This document shows positions 1-9,543 of a stretch of DNA of 64,000 nt, piece after piece (positions within the stretch are counted from its first letter, which is position 1; each line of letters begins with the position of its first letter). The position numbers and the translations under genes are program-made. The DNA is from a virus (Duplodnaviria; Caudoviricetes), in IMG/VR virus record IMGVR_UViG_3300021426_000001. One strand, 5' to 3'. Below the pieces are notes generated by a model. That model worked only from the letters and a program-made list of their open reading frames with translations. It was not told the origin of the DNA and did no database searches.

Positions 1-506
1 TAGATGTCGCTGAAGAACTCGTCGAGATCGTCAGCCAAGTCGTAGGTCTCGCCAGTCTCTTCGAGGTCAGAGTCTTCGACATAGTACTCAGACTTCTCCC
101 AGTCCTCAGCGTCAGCGTTCTGAACCATGAAGCTGAAGCGTGCGATAGAGCTATCGTTGTCAGTTCCGATAGAGCCGCTAGAGTCTCCCATACTGACCTT
201 CTTGAAGAGCTTCTCCATCTGGTCGACGTAGACAGTAGCGCCAGGGATGAACTCGTGGTTGATCTCGATGAGCTCCATCTCTTCCTTGTGCTTCTCCCAC
301 TCTGGAGCTTCGAAGTACTTCTTGAAGTCTTCGACGATCTTCTTTGTGAAGTACACGTAGTCATGATACTCGCCGTCACCGTCTCCGAGCATGACCTCGA
401 AGAAGATCTTGTAGCCCGTAGCTGCATCTTCACGCTGCTTCTTGTATGCCTTGAACTCGTCCAAGAGACCCTTGCTCTTGATGAAGTCAATTTCTAGATT
501 TTCCAT
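1..506 (-). CDS. hypothetical protein (3' part runs off window)
   Basis: ATG at 506 with AGAGGA RBS; reads MENLEIDFIKSKGLLDEF...; not in ORF track because truncated. Confidence 0.7.
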   Translation of the reverse strand, partial: MENLEIDFIKSKGLLDEFKAYKKQREDAATGYKIFFEVMLGDGDGEYHDYVYFTKKIVEDFKKYFEAPEWEKHKEEMELIEINHEFIPGATVYVDQMEKLFKKVSMGDSSGSIGTDNDSSIARFSFMVQNADAEDWEKSEYYVEDSDLEETGETYDLADDLDEFFSDI

Positions 507-741
507 TAGTTGTTCCTCTCAGTAGCGGACAGCGCTTCGGCTTGTGATACTCCAAGCCGTCATATCCGATGTTTTCTCTCTGGTAGCGGTTCTTGTTGTG
601 AGAAGTCTTCACGACTTCGAAGCTAGCCAGATCAATGTTGAAGTTTCCGAGACCGCAATAGCGTCTCCAGTTGTGAGGCGTGCCCTTGAGCTCTACCTCG
701 ACGAAGTGTTCGCAGTCTTCACAGCCCTTTTCTAAGCTCAT
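487..741 (-). CDS. small Cys-rich hypothetical protein
   Basis: CEDC...C...CP pattern; overlaps neighbours in operon. Confidence 0.6.
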   Translation of the reverse strand: MSLEKGCEDCEHFVEVELKGTPHNWRRYCGLGNFNIDLASFEVVKTSHNKNRYQRENIGYDGLEYHKPKRCPLLRGTTNGKSRN

Positions 742-1055
742 ATCTTACCACTCGCGTATGCATTAGAGAGATCTATCAAGTCACCACCATTAGTAGTGAA
801 GCAGAGAACCTCTCCTATGCTGTATTTGTTCACTATAGCCGTAATATTGTCTCTGAATTCCTTCGTGAACTCGTCGTGCTTCTGTATCACTTGGCGTGCT
901 TCATCTTCGAGTCTCTTCTTGATGTCGCACAGCTTAGCGTCAGATCCAAAGGTGCTCTGAAGATCTTCCACATTGCTGATTGCGTCGAACTTCTCTGTCA
1001 TCTCCATGACAAGCTCTTTAGTCTTAGCTTCGTACTCTTCTTTGTTCTCGATCAC
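738..1055 (-). CDS. hypothetical protein
   Basis: ORF with 4-bp overlaps on both sides. Confidence 0.65.
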   Translation of the reverse strand: MIENKEEYEAKTKELVMEMTEKFDAISNVEDLQSTFGSDAKLCDIKKRLEDEARQVIQKHDEFTKEFRDNITAIVNKYSIGEVLCFTTNGGDLIDLSNAYASGKI

Positions 1056-1327
1056 TGGATTTCCCTCACAGTGATGACTCCAGATCCCTCTGCGACGAAC
1101 TCATAATCGCCCACGTCGTGTCCGTAGTAGTGCTCCTTAGCCATGCTGAGCTTGCTTCTTGCAGCGCCGAGAGACTTGAAGTGAGTAGCTTGTGCGAGAT
1201 CGTCAGTCCATGAGCCGTAGCCCTTCTTAGAGCCCCAGTACACGATCTTCTCTTTCTTCGTCTTAGAGTCGATGGTCTTCTTGCCTACGATCCAGAACTT
1301 GACTGGATCTCCGTATTGTGGAATCAT
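1052..1327 (-). CDS. hypothetical protein (similar to 18342..18623)
   Basis: first gene after promoter; AAGGAG RBS. Confidence 0.7.
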   Translation of the reverse strand: MIPQYGDPVKFWIVGKKTIDSKTKKEKIVYWGSKKGYGSWTDDLAQATHFKSLGAARSKLSMAKEHYYGHDVGDYEFVAEGSGVITVREIQ

Positions 1328-1349
1328 AAGAGATCTCCTTGATGTTGAA

Positions 1350-1398
1350 AATATACAATAATTGCGCCCCTTTCTAAATGGTAGAGGCGCAAATTATT
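1350..1398 (-). promoter_or_regulatory. early promoter (TTTAGA-N17-TATATT) embedded in terminator-like hairpin
   Basis: -10 at 1350-1355, -35 at 1373-1378; imperfect inverted repeat around the -35. Confidence 0.75.
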
Positions 1399-1409
1399 TT
1401 TTCTTTAAG

Positions 1410-2195
1410 CTAGATCTTGAACTGCTCTGGGTGGTCGTGCTTGAAGTTCTCGAACATCTTCTGGCAGAGCTGATTGAACTTGTTCATCGGCAGCTTAGAG
1501 CTATTCGAGAAGTCAACGATAGATCTGAAGTTCCTGATGAAGTCCACGAGTGTCAGATCTTTTACCCTAGTAGCGCTAGTGATCTCCCATACGCCCTCTT
1601 CGTTAGCGTAGTGCAGAGACCAGCAATCTGAGTGGTTGTACATGTCATCCACGTAGCTCTCTACACGGCTCATCGGAAGTCTAGACAGAACGCCGACGAC
1701 CATCTTAGCTCGATCTGGATTCAGAGGAATAGATCCAGTGAGCTTCTCATCGTCTTTGAGGCTGCGGATCTCTTCGTAGAGCTTGTTGTAAGCTTCAACT
1801 CGGCTGTCTGTAATGTCACGATGGACATCTACCTTGGACACGTCGAGAGCTTCTTTTACAAGGAATGCGATAGCCTCTCTGTTCTCGTCTGTGAGCTTCT
1901 CATGAAGTCTATCAGCGACGAACTTCTCGGATGCTTCCTGAACGGTGTTTACCATTCTCTCCTCTACTGCTTCGAGCGCAGCGTCTTTATCCTTGGAAAA
2001 CTTTGCGCAGTACTCTGCGATGTACTGATGAGCAGCATCTTCCAGCTTGTCAGAGTGATCCTTTACTCTGGCTTCCATAGCGCCTTCGAGCTCTCGGATG
2101 AACCCGTTATACTCTTCGATAGCGTGCTGGTCATTTCCGCACTTAGACTCGAACAGCTTCTTAAGGTCATCGAGCACTTCTCTCATTGATCTCAT
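1410..2195 (-). CDS. hypothetical helical protein
   Basis: 261-aa ORF in operon. Confidence 0.7.
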   Translation of the reverse strand: MRSMREVLDDLKKLFESKCGNDQHAIEEYNGFIRELEGAMEARVKDHSDKLEDAAHQYIAEYCAKFSKDKDAALEAVEERMVNTVQEASEKFVADRLHEKLTDENREAIAFLVKEALDVSKVDVHRDITDSRVEAYNKLYEEIRSLKDDEKLTGSIPLNPDRAKMVVGVLSRLPMSRVESYVDDMYNHSDCWSLHYANEEGVWEITSATRVKDLTLVDFIRNFRSIVDFSNSSKLPMNKFNQLCQKMFENFKHDHPEQFKI

Positions 2196-2875
2196 TTCAC
2201 TTCCCTCCCTGATTCTGCGTAGACACAGAAGAATCCAGGATCTGCGTCATCATCCCAGTCTTGAACGTTGATGATTAGCTGCTTGTCTGTAACTAATGTG
2301 TCGAATAGGCTGTCCATGAGCGCTTCCCACGTGTCATAGACGTTCTGGTCATCTTCGTCTGGTCTTATGTATTTGTTCGTGCTCTTGTTGAAGCACTTTC
2401 TCTTGAAGTCTGCCATGTACTTCTCGACTTTCGGCCACATAGCGCTGAAGTCGTCGCCGAGATACATCAGCTTCGGCTTGTCCATGCTCATAGCGCCAGA
2501 TCCCTGATCGATGACGCAGTAGACATGATCTCTCGTGATCTGCTCGCGCTTGTAAGCCTTCGTGGCCCTCATCTCTTCCATGATGCTCGGCCAAACCTCG
2601 CGCATGAACAGTTCAGAGACCGAATTATACTCATGAGCACAGAGCTGAATAGACTCCAGCGAGAAGCTGTGTCCAGCGAGATTGATGTCGCTCTTAGCTG
2701 CCCATTTCGGAATCGAGACTTGAACTGCCTCTTGATCAAGCTGTTTGATGTCGTCTGATCTTCTCACGTTAGTCGGCTCGTTTCTCAACAGCCATCTGAA
2801 ATTGATCCTTGGACTGAAGTCGTTTGGATCAAAGATGCGGTCGAACACTAGCCACATATCTTCAAATTCACCCAT
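2192..2875 (-). CDS. hypothetical protein
   Basis: 227-aa ORF in operon. Confidence 0.7.
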   Translation of the reverse strand: MGEFEDMWLVFDRIFDPNDFSPRINFRWLLRNEPTNVRRSDDIKQLDQEAVQVSIPKWAAKSDINLAGHSFSLESIQLCAHEYNSVSELFMREVWPSIMEEMRATKAYKREQITRDHVYCVIDQGSGAMSMDKPKLMYLGDDFSAMWPKVEKYMADFKRKCFNKSTNKYIRPDEDDQNVYDTWEALMDSLFDTLVTDKQLIINVQDWDDDADPGFFCVYAESGREVK

Positions 2876-2877
2876 TT

Positions 2878-3444
2878 TTAGTCATCCTCGTTTTCTTCTT
2901 TCCATTTCTTGTAAGCCTCGGCCCTGTGCTTGTTGAAGGTCCTCAGGTCGACTTCTTGCAGCTTCGCGTAGTCACGATTGCACCAGTAGTCGACATAGAG
3001 ATTGCCGTCCTTGCCGATGTTGAACATCTCTTCTGACGCGTAGTTGATCTCAGCGAACGGAGTGATGCGCATAGCCTTCAGCTCTTCACTTTCCTGGAGA
3101 TGAGAGTAGTCAGGGAATCGCCAACCATCACTGCACTTCTCTACCTTCTCGTAGATGAACTCATGCCAGAGCTTAGACTCGTTCCAGTACTTATTGTCTC
3201 TGTCGCTTCTGAGACCGAGGATCTTGATGATGTAGTTTCCACCGAACGGAGACTTGAAGCATCTCCCAACGAGCTGCTGAACTGTCTCTTCAGACGCATC
3301 GAAAAAGTCCATAATGCGCAGAAAGAAGTAGTCCTCTAAGTCGAAAGGCTTTCCATCTCTCATCAATTTGAGCCCCTCAGGAAGGTCTTCGACCTTAGTA
3401 CTCAGCTCATGGAGCTGTTGAAGGTTCATATCTTCTAGTTTCAT
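2878..3444 (-). CDS. hypothetical protein
   Basis: 188-aa ORF, GGAG RBS. Confidence 0.7.
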   Translation of the reverse strand: MKLEDMNLQQLHELSTKVEDLPEGLKLMRDGKPFDLEDYFFLRIMDFFDASEETVQQLVGRCFKSPFGGNYIIKILGLRSDRDNKYWNESKLWHEFIYEKVEKCSDGWRFPDYSHLQESEELKAMRITPFAEINYASEEMFNIGKDGNLYVDYWCNRDYAKLQEVDLRTFNKHRAEAYKKWKEENEDD

Positions 3445-3453
3445 TGTTTCTCC

Positions 3454-3804
3454 CTACAGGTGTCCCTGCTTTCTCATGAACTCGTACCACTTCCCTCTAG
3501 CAGTCTCAGCTTCCTCTGGCGTCGAGAAGGCTGCTAGTCTATAGCCCTGATAGTCGGAATCCTCGAACTTCCAGCTTCCGTCTTTCTTGATCTTGTAGTA
3601 GGTTCTGCACCAGTCCCAGTCCCAGTCTTCCCAGGTGCCAGCACGGCAGTACACTTCCAAGAACCACATTCCGTGCTGTCTCACGATCCTGGCCTGATAC
3701 ATATTCTTATAGTGAAGCGTTTTCTTTCGCTCAGGAAGAACGACTGATACCAAGATCGCCAGAATGCACATAACGATCGATAATAAGATCCCAGCTGTGT
3801 TCAT
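3454..3804 (-). CDS. hypothetical membrane-anchored protein
   Basis: N-terminal hydrophobic helix ILLSIVMCILAILVSVVL. Confidence 0.65.
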   Translation of the reverse strand: MNTAGILLSIVMCILAILVSVVLPERKKTLHYKNMYQARIVRQHGMWFLEVYCRAGTWEDWDWDWCRTYYKIKKDGSWKFEDSDYQGYRLAAFSTPEEAETARGKWYEFMRKQGHL

Positions 3805-4370
3805 TCAGCTTTCTCCTCGGATTTCTCTTTGGATTTCTCTTCCTTCAGTCTCCAGAACTCTCTAGCGATAGTGTCAGTGACTCTGAAGTTGTTGCCGTCG
3901 TAGATGTCGCAGCAGAGACCAACCTCGGAAGCGGGCCTGCACTTCTCGTAGACAGCCTCCCAGAACTTCTCACGATCTTCCCAGTCAGGGAGATCGAATC
4001 CCTCGTCTGTCTGGTTCTCGTACCAGAACGGACGAAGATTAACGTTCTCCTTGAGGAACTTGGCTGTGCTGTTCGACGGGAAGAACTGGATAGCGACATA
4101 GTTGACGCCGTCAATGGTCTTAGCGAATACGACAGCCTGGAGCTGGTAGTCCCAGACTCCGCCCTTGCGAGGATCTTTCGTATCTTTCTCTAGAGCTTCT
4201 ATCACGTCGAACTCACCTTCCATGTTCCTGTAGAAGCAGTCCCATCTGAGCATGTCCTTCGGGACCCACTCGATGAACTTCTCTCGCAGATCAGCCAGAT
4301 ATTCTCTAGCTCTGTCCACGTCCGCGAACTCTGCGTTCTCTTTGAAGAGATATGCGTAGAACACTTTCAT
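3801..4370 (-). CDS. hypothetical protein
   Basis: start moved to MKVFYAY (ATGA overlap with upstream stop). Confidence 0.65.
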   Translation of the reverse strand: MKVFYAYLFKENAEFADVDRAREYLADLREKFIEWVPKDMLRWDCFYRNMEGEFDVIEALEKDTKDPRKGGVWDYQLQAVVFAKTIDGVNYVAIQFFPSNSTAKFLKENVNLRPFWYENQTDEGFDLPDWEDREKFWEAVYEKCRPASEVGLCCDIYDGNNFRVTDTIAREFWRLKEEKSKEKSEEKAE

Positions 4371-5794
4371 CGACATGTGTGTGTCTCCCTGAACTGCTTG
4401 ATGAACTCTTCCTTCCTCGGCGTCTTCTCGTTCACATTGAAGTACCACTCGAGTCTCTGGTCTGTGTTGTACTCTTGCTCGTTAGCGGCGTTCTTGATGT
4501 CCAAGCAGCGCTTCTCCATGTACTCTTCGAGCGACTTAGTGCCGTAGTGCTCGATGAAGCCGTTCGAGAAGTCTGGCGGAACGACCTGACCAGACATCGG
4601 ATTCTGTGGCTTTCCAGTTGCGCTGAGGCAGGCGTGAGGAGAGCTGATGAGAGCCGAGTGAATGATGTGCTGGCGCATTGGAAGTCCAGTTCTGATCATC
4701 GGCTTGCAGTACCAGTCTTCTGGGAACGGCTGAGCGTACTTCACGTCTGCCGGGCACGGAGTTCTGAATCTCTGACGCACTGGCTTGTCCTCGTACAGGA
4801 CGTGACCGTTGTCGCCGTAGTACATCCAGTTGAACTTGATGATGCTAGCGCAAGCGAACGTGTGGCGGTTCTCAGACATCCACTCCTGAAGTGTCTTTCC
4901 GTTGAGATTCAAGAACTCGTCAGCGTCCAAGAAGAGCATCCAGTCGTAGTCATCGCCGAATGTCTCGTAAGCCCACTTGTAGATTCCAGCTTGGTAGCCC
5001 ATGCTAGCGAGTCTGGTTCTGCCGCGACAGTCGAACTGATGAATGTCGTTGTGAGCGAGATCGTTGAGGCTGTTGAAGACTTGCTCCTGACCAGTCTCTC
5101 CCTCGTCATCGTTGTTGAACACGTAGAAGTGATTGACGCCGAGATTGCGGTAGTACTCTACCCACTCTTTGATGTATCTCTCTTCGTGCTTCATGATTGT
5201 GACGACAGCGAAGCGAGTGCCCTTGAGAACGACTTTCTCGTAGATCTCAAGGAACTTCTTCCATGCCTGGCTCGGATCATCTGCGTTTTCTTCGTAGCGG
5301 CCAAAGCAAGCTACTGGCGCTTCTTCCAAGAGTCCCTGTTCGAACCACATGCGGTCAGCCTTTCTCTCGATGCAGCTGAGAATTCTCTTAGCAGCGTTCA
5401 CATTCATGACGAAGCCGTTGAACCAGCAGACATGCTTATCCTTAGAGACCATCGGTGCGAAGGCGCCAGCGATGTGAGCAGTCTGAGCATTCTCTGCCTT
5501 GGCGAAGTAGAGTTCGCAGTCACGACCGAACTCTCTCTTCCATACGTCTCGGACCATCGGCTGTGCATTGTTCTGCATAGCTGCGCCCTTTGTGTGAAGA
5601 TAGAGAACTGGCTGATCCAGCTGGACTGAGAGGTTAGCTGCCATAGTGAGACCGGGCAGCTCGTAGAGTTCACCAGGCGCTTCTTGTTCGACAGCTATGA
5701 CTTCGTATTTCTTAGAGAGCCACTTGAGCATCTCTTCTTTGATCTTGAGACCTTGCTCGGTCTTGAGAACGCCGAGCACGCATCTTCTCTTCAT
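4367..5794 (-). CDS. two-domain glycosyltransferase (C-terminal GT2-like / Glyco_tranf_2_4 domain; N-terminal LYLHTKG domain)
   Basis: MKHEERYIKEWVEYYRNLGVNHFYVFNND and DWMLFLDADEF (DxD) motifs. Confidence 0.8.
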   Translation of the reverse strand: MKRRCVLGVLKTEQGLKIKEEMLKWLSKKYEVIAVEQEAPGELYELPGLTMAANLSVQLDQPVLYLHTKGAAMQNNAQPMVRDVWKREFGRDCELYFAKAENAQTAHIAGAFAPMVSKDKHVCWFNGFVMNVNAAKRILSCIERKADRMWFEQGLLEEAPVACFGRYEENADDPSQAWKKFLEIYEKVVLKGTRFAVVTIMKHEERYIKEWVEYYRNLGVNHFYVFNNDDEGETGQEQVFNSLNDLAHNDIHQFDCRGRTRLASMGYQAGIYKWAYETFGDDYDWMLFLDADEFLNLNGKTLQEWMSENRHTFACASIIKFNWMYYGDNGHVLYEDKPVRQRFRTPCPADVKYAQPFPEDWYCKPMIRTGLPMRQHIIHSALISSPHACLSATGKPQNPMSGQVVPPDFSNGFIEHYGTKSLEEYMEKRCLDIKNAANEQEYNTDQRLEWYFNVNEKTPRKEEFIKQFRETHTCR

Positions 5795-5822
5795 AAGTTG
5801 AATTTCCTTTTAAGTTATGCGC

Positions 5823-5830
5823 TATTTATA
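5823..5830 (-). promoter_or_regulatory. T4-type late promoter TATAAATA
   Basis: exact match, intergenic, upstream of glycosyltransferase. Confidence 0.65.
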
Positions 5831-5836
5831 GACTAG

Positions 5837-6439
5837 CTAGACGCCCAACAGATTGCGAATCATAGCGAAGCCCTTGTTTATGCCCTGCTGGGTCTTGAGC
5901 TCCTTCAAGAGATGCTTCACGTCGTTGAGGTGTGCCTTGATGGCTGTGAGATTCTCAGCGTCTGCCTTGTCAGCTACGTCTTGGTCAGTGAGCTTGTCGA
6001 GGTCGATCACGTGATCTGCTGGACGATCCATCGGATCCCAGCTTGACGTGATGACTTGGAACAGCTTGTGGTCTCGTGTAGCGAAGTAGCAACGGTACCA
6101 GTAGCAGTTCGTGCAGTCGTAGTTTTCATTCATGAAGTCAGGGAAGGAGCTGTCGATCTCCTTGCGGAATGCTTCGAAGTCCTTCTTGAAGTCTTCCCAG
6201 ATCTGAAGATCTTCGTCTTTGTCGTCGTGACCGTAAGGATACGGATCTAGAACGTGTCTGTCTTCGTAGTGGTTGAAGTTCTCCATCTTCTCGTAGAGAT
6301 CCGAGAACCACATGTAGCTCCATTCGTCCATTCCGCCGTCTTCGTCGCCCTGCTTGCATGCGCCGAGGAAGATATACTTGTCGCTCGGCTTTCCATACTT
6401 GCTGAATAGAGAGTCGATCATGTTAGTGTACTTGTTCAT
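5837..6439 (-). CDS. hypothetical protein
   Basis: 200-aa acidic ORF. Confidence 0.7.
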   Translation of the reverse strand: MNKYTNMIDSLFSKYGKPSDKYIFLGACKQGDEDGGMDEWSYMWFSDLYEKMENFNHYEDRHVLDPYPYGHDDKDEDLQIWEDFKKDFEAFRKEIDSSFPDFMNENYDCTNCYWYRCYFATRDHKLFQVITSSWDPMDRPADHVIDLDKLTDQDVADKADAENLTAIKAHLNDVKHLLKELKTQQGINKGFAMIRNLLGV

Positions 6440-6749
6440 CTGCGAACAGCTCCTTGTACTTGTTCATAAAAGCTTCGATAGATAGAGCGATTGGGAAGTA
6501 TGCCTGTTCCTTCTTGCAGTCTTCGTAGATCTCCTTGACCTTTCCGAATGCACCGAGCTTGATGCAGAACGCTACACGATTCGGAAGCGGTAGAGTAGCA
6601 ATTATCTCTTCGAACTGTGGACTCTTGTGAAACTCTTTGATGACTTCCCTTGGTGGATGCACTGGATCACAGCCGGGATGATTCTTGTCTAAGAACTCGT
6701 GCCACTTTTCTCTGGCTATTTGTCCATTGCGTTTCTTTTCTTCTATCAT
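6423..6749 (-). CDS. hypothetical protein
   Basis: start moved to MIEEKK after AAGGA RBS, downstream of promoter. Confidence 0.65.
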   Translation of the reverse strand: MIEEKKRNGQIAREKWHEFLDKNHPGCDPVHPPREVIKEFHKSPQFEEIIATLPLPNRVAFCIKLGAFGKVKEIYEDCKKEQAYFPIALSIEAFMNKYKELFADEQVH

Positions 6750-6779
6750 GTCTATTCCTTGTTGAAGTTTTGCATATAC

Positions 6780-6818
6780 AATATAGGAAAAGAGCACGGC
6801 TTTGTAAACCGTGCTCTT
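6780..6818 (-). promoter_or_regulatory. early promoter TTTACA-N17-TATATT fused with terminator hairpin
   Basis: 10-bp stem AAGAGCACGG/CCGTGCTCTT with -35 in loop. Confidence 0.85.
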
Positions 6819-6844
6819 AAAAGTTCAGGAAAATTTACAGAAGT

Positions 6845-7192
6845 CTATGGAGCATCAGTAGCTTCTGGTGCGACTTGCGACTCGGCTTTAGCCTTCTCTT
6901 CCTCTGCGACTTCCTTCTCCATAGCAGCAGTGAGCTTCTTGGACGGATAGAAGACGACGTTGTCAGCGTCTACGATCTTCGCGAAGATAGGGACGATCTT
7001 GCCCTCTATAGACACGAAAGCCATAGCGTTCACGACGAAGTCTTCGCCAGCAGAGACTGCGAACGGGAACGGGAACACTGACTTTCTGTCTGGATCGTTC
7101 ACCATCTTCATCATCTCGCTGTAGCTGAGCATCTTCTTCTCTACGAGAGCCATCAGCTTCTTGTTCTCTTCTTGTGTCAGATTGTCTGGCAT
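6845..7192 (-). CDS. hypothetical protein
   Basis: start moved to MPDNL after GGAG; FPFPF..V motif resembles 11348..11680. Confidence 0.65.
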   Translation of the reverse strand: MPDNLTQEENKKLMALVEKKMLSYSEMMKMVNDPDRKSVFPFPFAVSAGEDFVVNAMAFVSIEGKIVPIFAKIVDADNVVFYPSKKLTAAMEKEVAEEEKAKAESQVAPEATDAP

Positions 7193-7194
7193 TG

Positions 7195-7425
7195 TCAATT
7201 CTCCATGTACTTGATGCCCTGATAGTCGCATCCGAGACTGTTTCTAGCTGTCTCGACTCCCTTCAGAGCGGTGTTCTGGCAGACCTGTTCAGGCCAGCCC
7301 TCGGATCTGCACTCGCCGAAGATCGCGTTTCCGAACTGCTGCAGGGCCTGATCTTTGTCAGTTCCCAGATAGTAGATCTTGGTGTCGTCTTCTTCGTGCT
7401 TATAGACTAGGTATGCTTTATTCAT
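7195..7425 (-). CDS. hypothetical protein
   Basis: start MNKAY, GAGG RBS. Confidence 0.6.
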   Translation of the reverse strand: MNKAYLVYKHEEDDTKIYYLGTDKDQALQQFGNAIFGECRSEGWPEQVCQNTALKGVETARNSLGCDYQGIKYMEN

Positions 7426-7853
7426 TTGAAAACCTCGAAAGGTAGCTTCTCTTTGACGCAGTTCTTGAGCCCCTCCCACTTGATGAGTCTCGTGGTAGAG
7501 TTAGTGTCGGTGATGTGGCCGATGAGCAGAGTCTCTGGATCGATAGCGTCTTCATCTACGAGATAGACTTTGATCACGCCGTTCAAGAGTCCGATCTGGC
7601 CATCTTCCTTCATCGGTGTGAAGATCGGACAAGCAGCGCCGAGAATAGTTCCGATGAGCGGACCACAGATGATAGTGTCGCCGCAATATCCACAAGCTGG
7701 CTGGATGTTGTTCGACTCCATGATGATCTTCGCTACGAAAGATCCTATTCTCTGCTGTGACCATTTTCCGATGTCATCTTCACATGTAGAAGTGTACTTG
7801 ATGACAGGAGCAGCGTAGCTGAGTCGCTCTACATCGCATTTTAAGTATTTCAT
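7422..7853 (-). CDS. hypothetical protein
   Basis: 143-aa ORF, GAGG RBS. Confidence 0.65.
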   Translation of the reverse strand: MKYLKCDVERLSYAAPVIKYTSTCEDDIGKWSQQRIGSFVAKIIMESNNIQPACGYCGDTIICGPLIGTILGAACPIFTPMKEDGQIGLLNGVIKVYLVDEDAIDPETLLIGHITDTNSTTRLIKWEGLKNCVKEKLPFEVFK

Positions 7854-7870
7854 AGTTGTACCTCTCTCAG

Positions 7871-8302
7871 TTAAAATAGGATCTTTTTGAGCTTCTCTAA
7901 AAAGCTGAGCTTCTTCTGCTTGATCTCTATTGGGTCACGTTTTGGAGGTACATACTTTGGAACATCCTTCCATGCTGCATCTACAGCCTGACCATCTGAG
8001 GGATTAGCAGCAGTCTGGCCGCAGAATCCAGTCTCTTCTGGCGGATCGGGATCATAGACGATCTTTCCAGTAGGAACAACTCGGACTTGAACGAGAACGC
8101 AGTCTTTAGTGTTCTCTGGATCTGACTCTTTGATGGCCATCAAGCGCTTCTTAGCGAGACCGAAGTCGACATCTAAGACGACAGAGTCATCTAGCTCTCT
8201 AGGAGATCCGTCTTTACTATTAGACACGAGAGTGACTATCGTGTCTGATTTTCCTCTTCTTCCGATCGTATATAGCGGTAGATTGTCAAGCATCGCTGCC
8301 AT
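7871..8302 (-). CDS. hypothetical protein
   Basis: 143-aa ORF, AGGAG RBS. Confidence 0.65.
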   Translation of the reverse strand: MAAMLDNLPLYTIGRRGKSDTIVTLVSNSKDGSPRELDDSVVLDVDFGLAKKRLMAIKESDPENTKDCVLVQVRVVPTGKIVYDPDPPEETGFCGQTAANPSDGQAVDAAWKDVPKYVPPKRDPIEIKQKKLSFLEKLKKILF

Positions 8303-8313
8303 TTTCAGTTCTC

Positions 8314-8565
8314 CTATAGTCTCGGTCCGTCGTAGTTGACTGGAGAGATGTTCTTGATTCCGATGGTCGTCTTCGGCTTCTCTTCTCTTCTTTCTTCTCG
8401 TTCTCTGAATATGATGTAGGAGTTCTTCGACTTGATTTCTTCACGGATCTTCGACGCCATTTTTCCGATCTTCCTAGAGATCAAGTTGTCGATCTCGGAC
8501 TCGGTTGCTCCGTCTGGAATTTCGAGACTGTCAGTGAATGTGTACTCAAAGCTTAGTTTTCTCAT
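8314..8565 (-). CDS. hypothetical protein
   Basis: ORF in operon. Confidence 0.55.
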   Translation of the reverse strand: MRKLSFEYTFTDSLEIPDGATESEIDNLISRKIGKMASKIREEIKSKNSYIIFREREERREEKPKTTIGIKNISPVNYDGPRL

Positions 8566-8914
8566 TGTTCATGACCTCTAGTTCAAGGTTCAAGCTGTCT
8601 GCTCTATATCTATACCACTTCTGCTGACAGAGAATAGTCTTCATGTCCGGGCACTCGTGTAGAAGATTCTCACGACTGATGCTCTTCTTGTGTTCGAGAT
8701 GAGCACGATCGAGCTTGTCGCCGAAGAGGCCGTTGATCGTAGCCATTCCGCCACCGCCGCTGACAGCTAGGAAGAGAACGACTGCTGACCAGATCTTCTC
8801 TACTCTCCTGCTGAACTTCTTGATAGAGTCGATGAGACAGCCCACCGCGAAGATGAGCAAGCAGAGTAGCAGACCTGCAGCGAAGATAGTCTCGTAGTTC
8901 AGAATATTGCTCAT
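8546..8914 (-). CDS. hypothetical membrane protein (2 TM)
   Basis: two hydrophobic segments. Confidence 0.65.
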   Translation of the reverse strand: MSNILNYETIFAAGLLLCLLIFAVGCLIDSIKKFSRRVEKIWSAVVLFLAVSGGGGMATINGLFGDKLDRAHLEHKKSISRENLLHECPDMKTILCQQKWYRYRADSLNLELEVMNNEKTKL

Positions 8915-9543
8915 TATTTCTCCTCTGTGTAGATTTTTCGGATTGCGTATCCGAGACGAACAGGTCCGTCTATTGGTTCGACAGAGACTAGCTGGGAAGC
9001 GAGAGTGCCTGGAGCAGGTCTCTTGTCTTTCTTCTCTTTTGCCTTCTTGTTGGAATCTTCTGGCATCGGGACGGATTCCATTGCTTTCGCCATAAGCATC
9101 GGTTTCCAGGGCTTTTTGAGCAAGGCTGTAGGGATATCCGGGAGCTTGCCCATGTTCGCTCTAGCACGCTCCTGCATCTTCCTACGGTGCATCCTGAGTT
9201 CAGCTTCCCAGACGCCTAGAGCCTTCCAGTCATTCTTGAAGATAGCTCTGTTCCCGTCGATCTCGACGATGCAGAAAGACGGCTGTCGGAACGTTTCTGG
9301 CTTTCCTGCGTAGACTGGAGCCCATGCCACGTTGCCCCAAGTGTTGGTCTCCACAAATGAGAGCTTTCCGGGCTCGTCAGACTCTACGACGTCCCAGTGC
9401 CAGCCCTCCATGAAGCCGTGAACGACAACGAAGTTCGCTGGCATCTGATTGCCGAGTCTATCTTCGAGCCAGACTTCCTTCTCGCCCTCGTTCTTGTAGA
9501 GGTTTCGAAGGAACTCGACACGGTAGTAATTAGGAATTCTCAT
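8914..9543 (-). CDS. hypothetical protein
   Basis: 209-aa ORF in operon. Confidence 0.7.
   Translation of the reverse strand: MRIPNYYRVEFLRNLYKNEGEKEVWLEDRLGNQMPANFVVVHGFMEGWHWDVVESDEPGKLSFVETNTWGNVAWAPVYAGKPETFRQPSFCIVEIDGNRAIFKNDWKALGVWEAELRMHRRKMQERARANMGKLPDIPTALLKKPWKPMLMAKAMESVPMPEDSNKKAKEKKDKRPAPGTLASQLVSVEPIDGPVRLGYAIRKIYTEEK

Noticed and set aside
4352-5629. 425-aa plus-strand ORF
   Set aside because: Antisense shadow of the glycosyltransferase; no RBS or motifs; expected from codon bias
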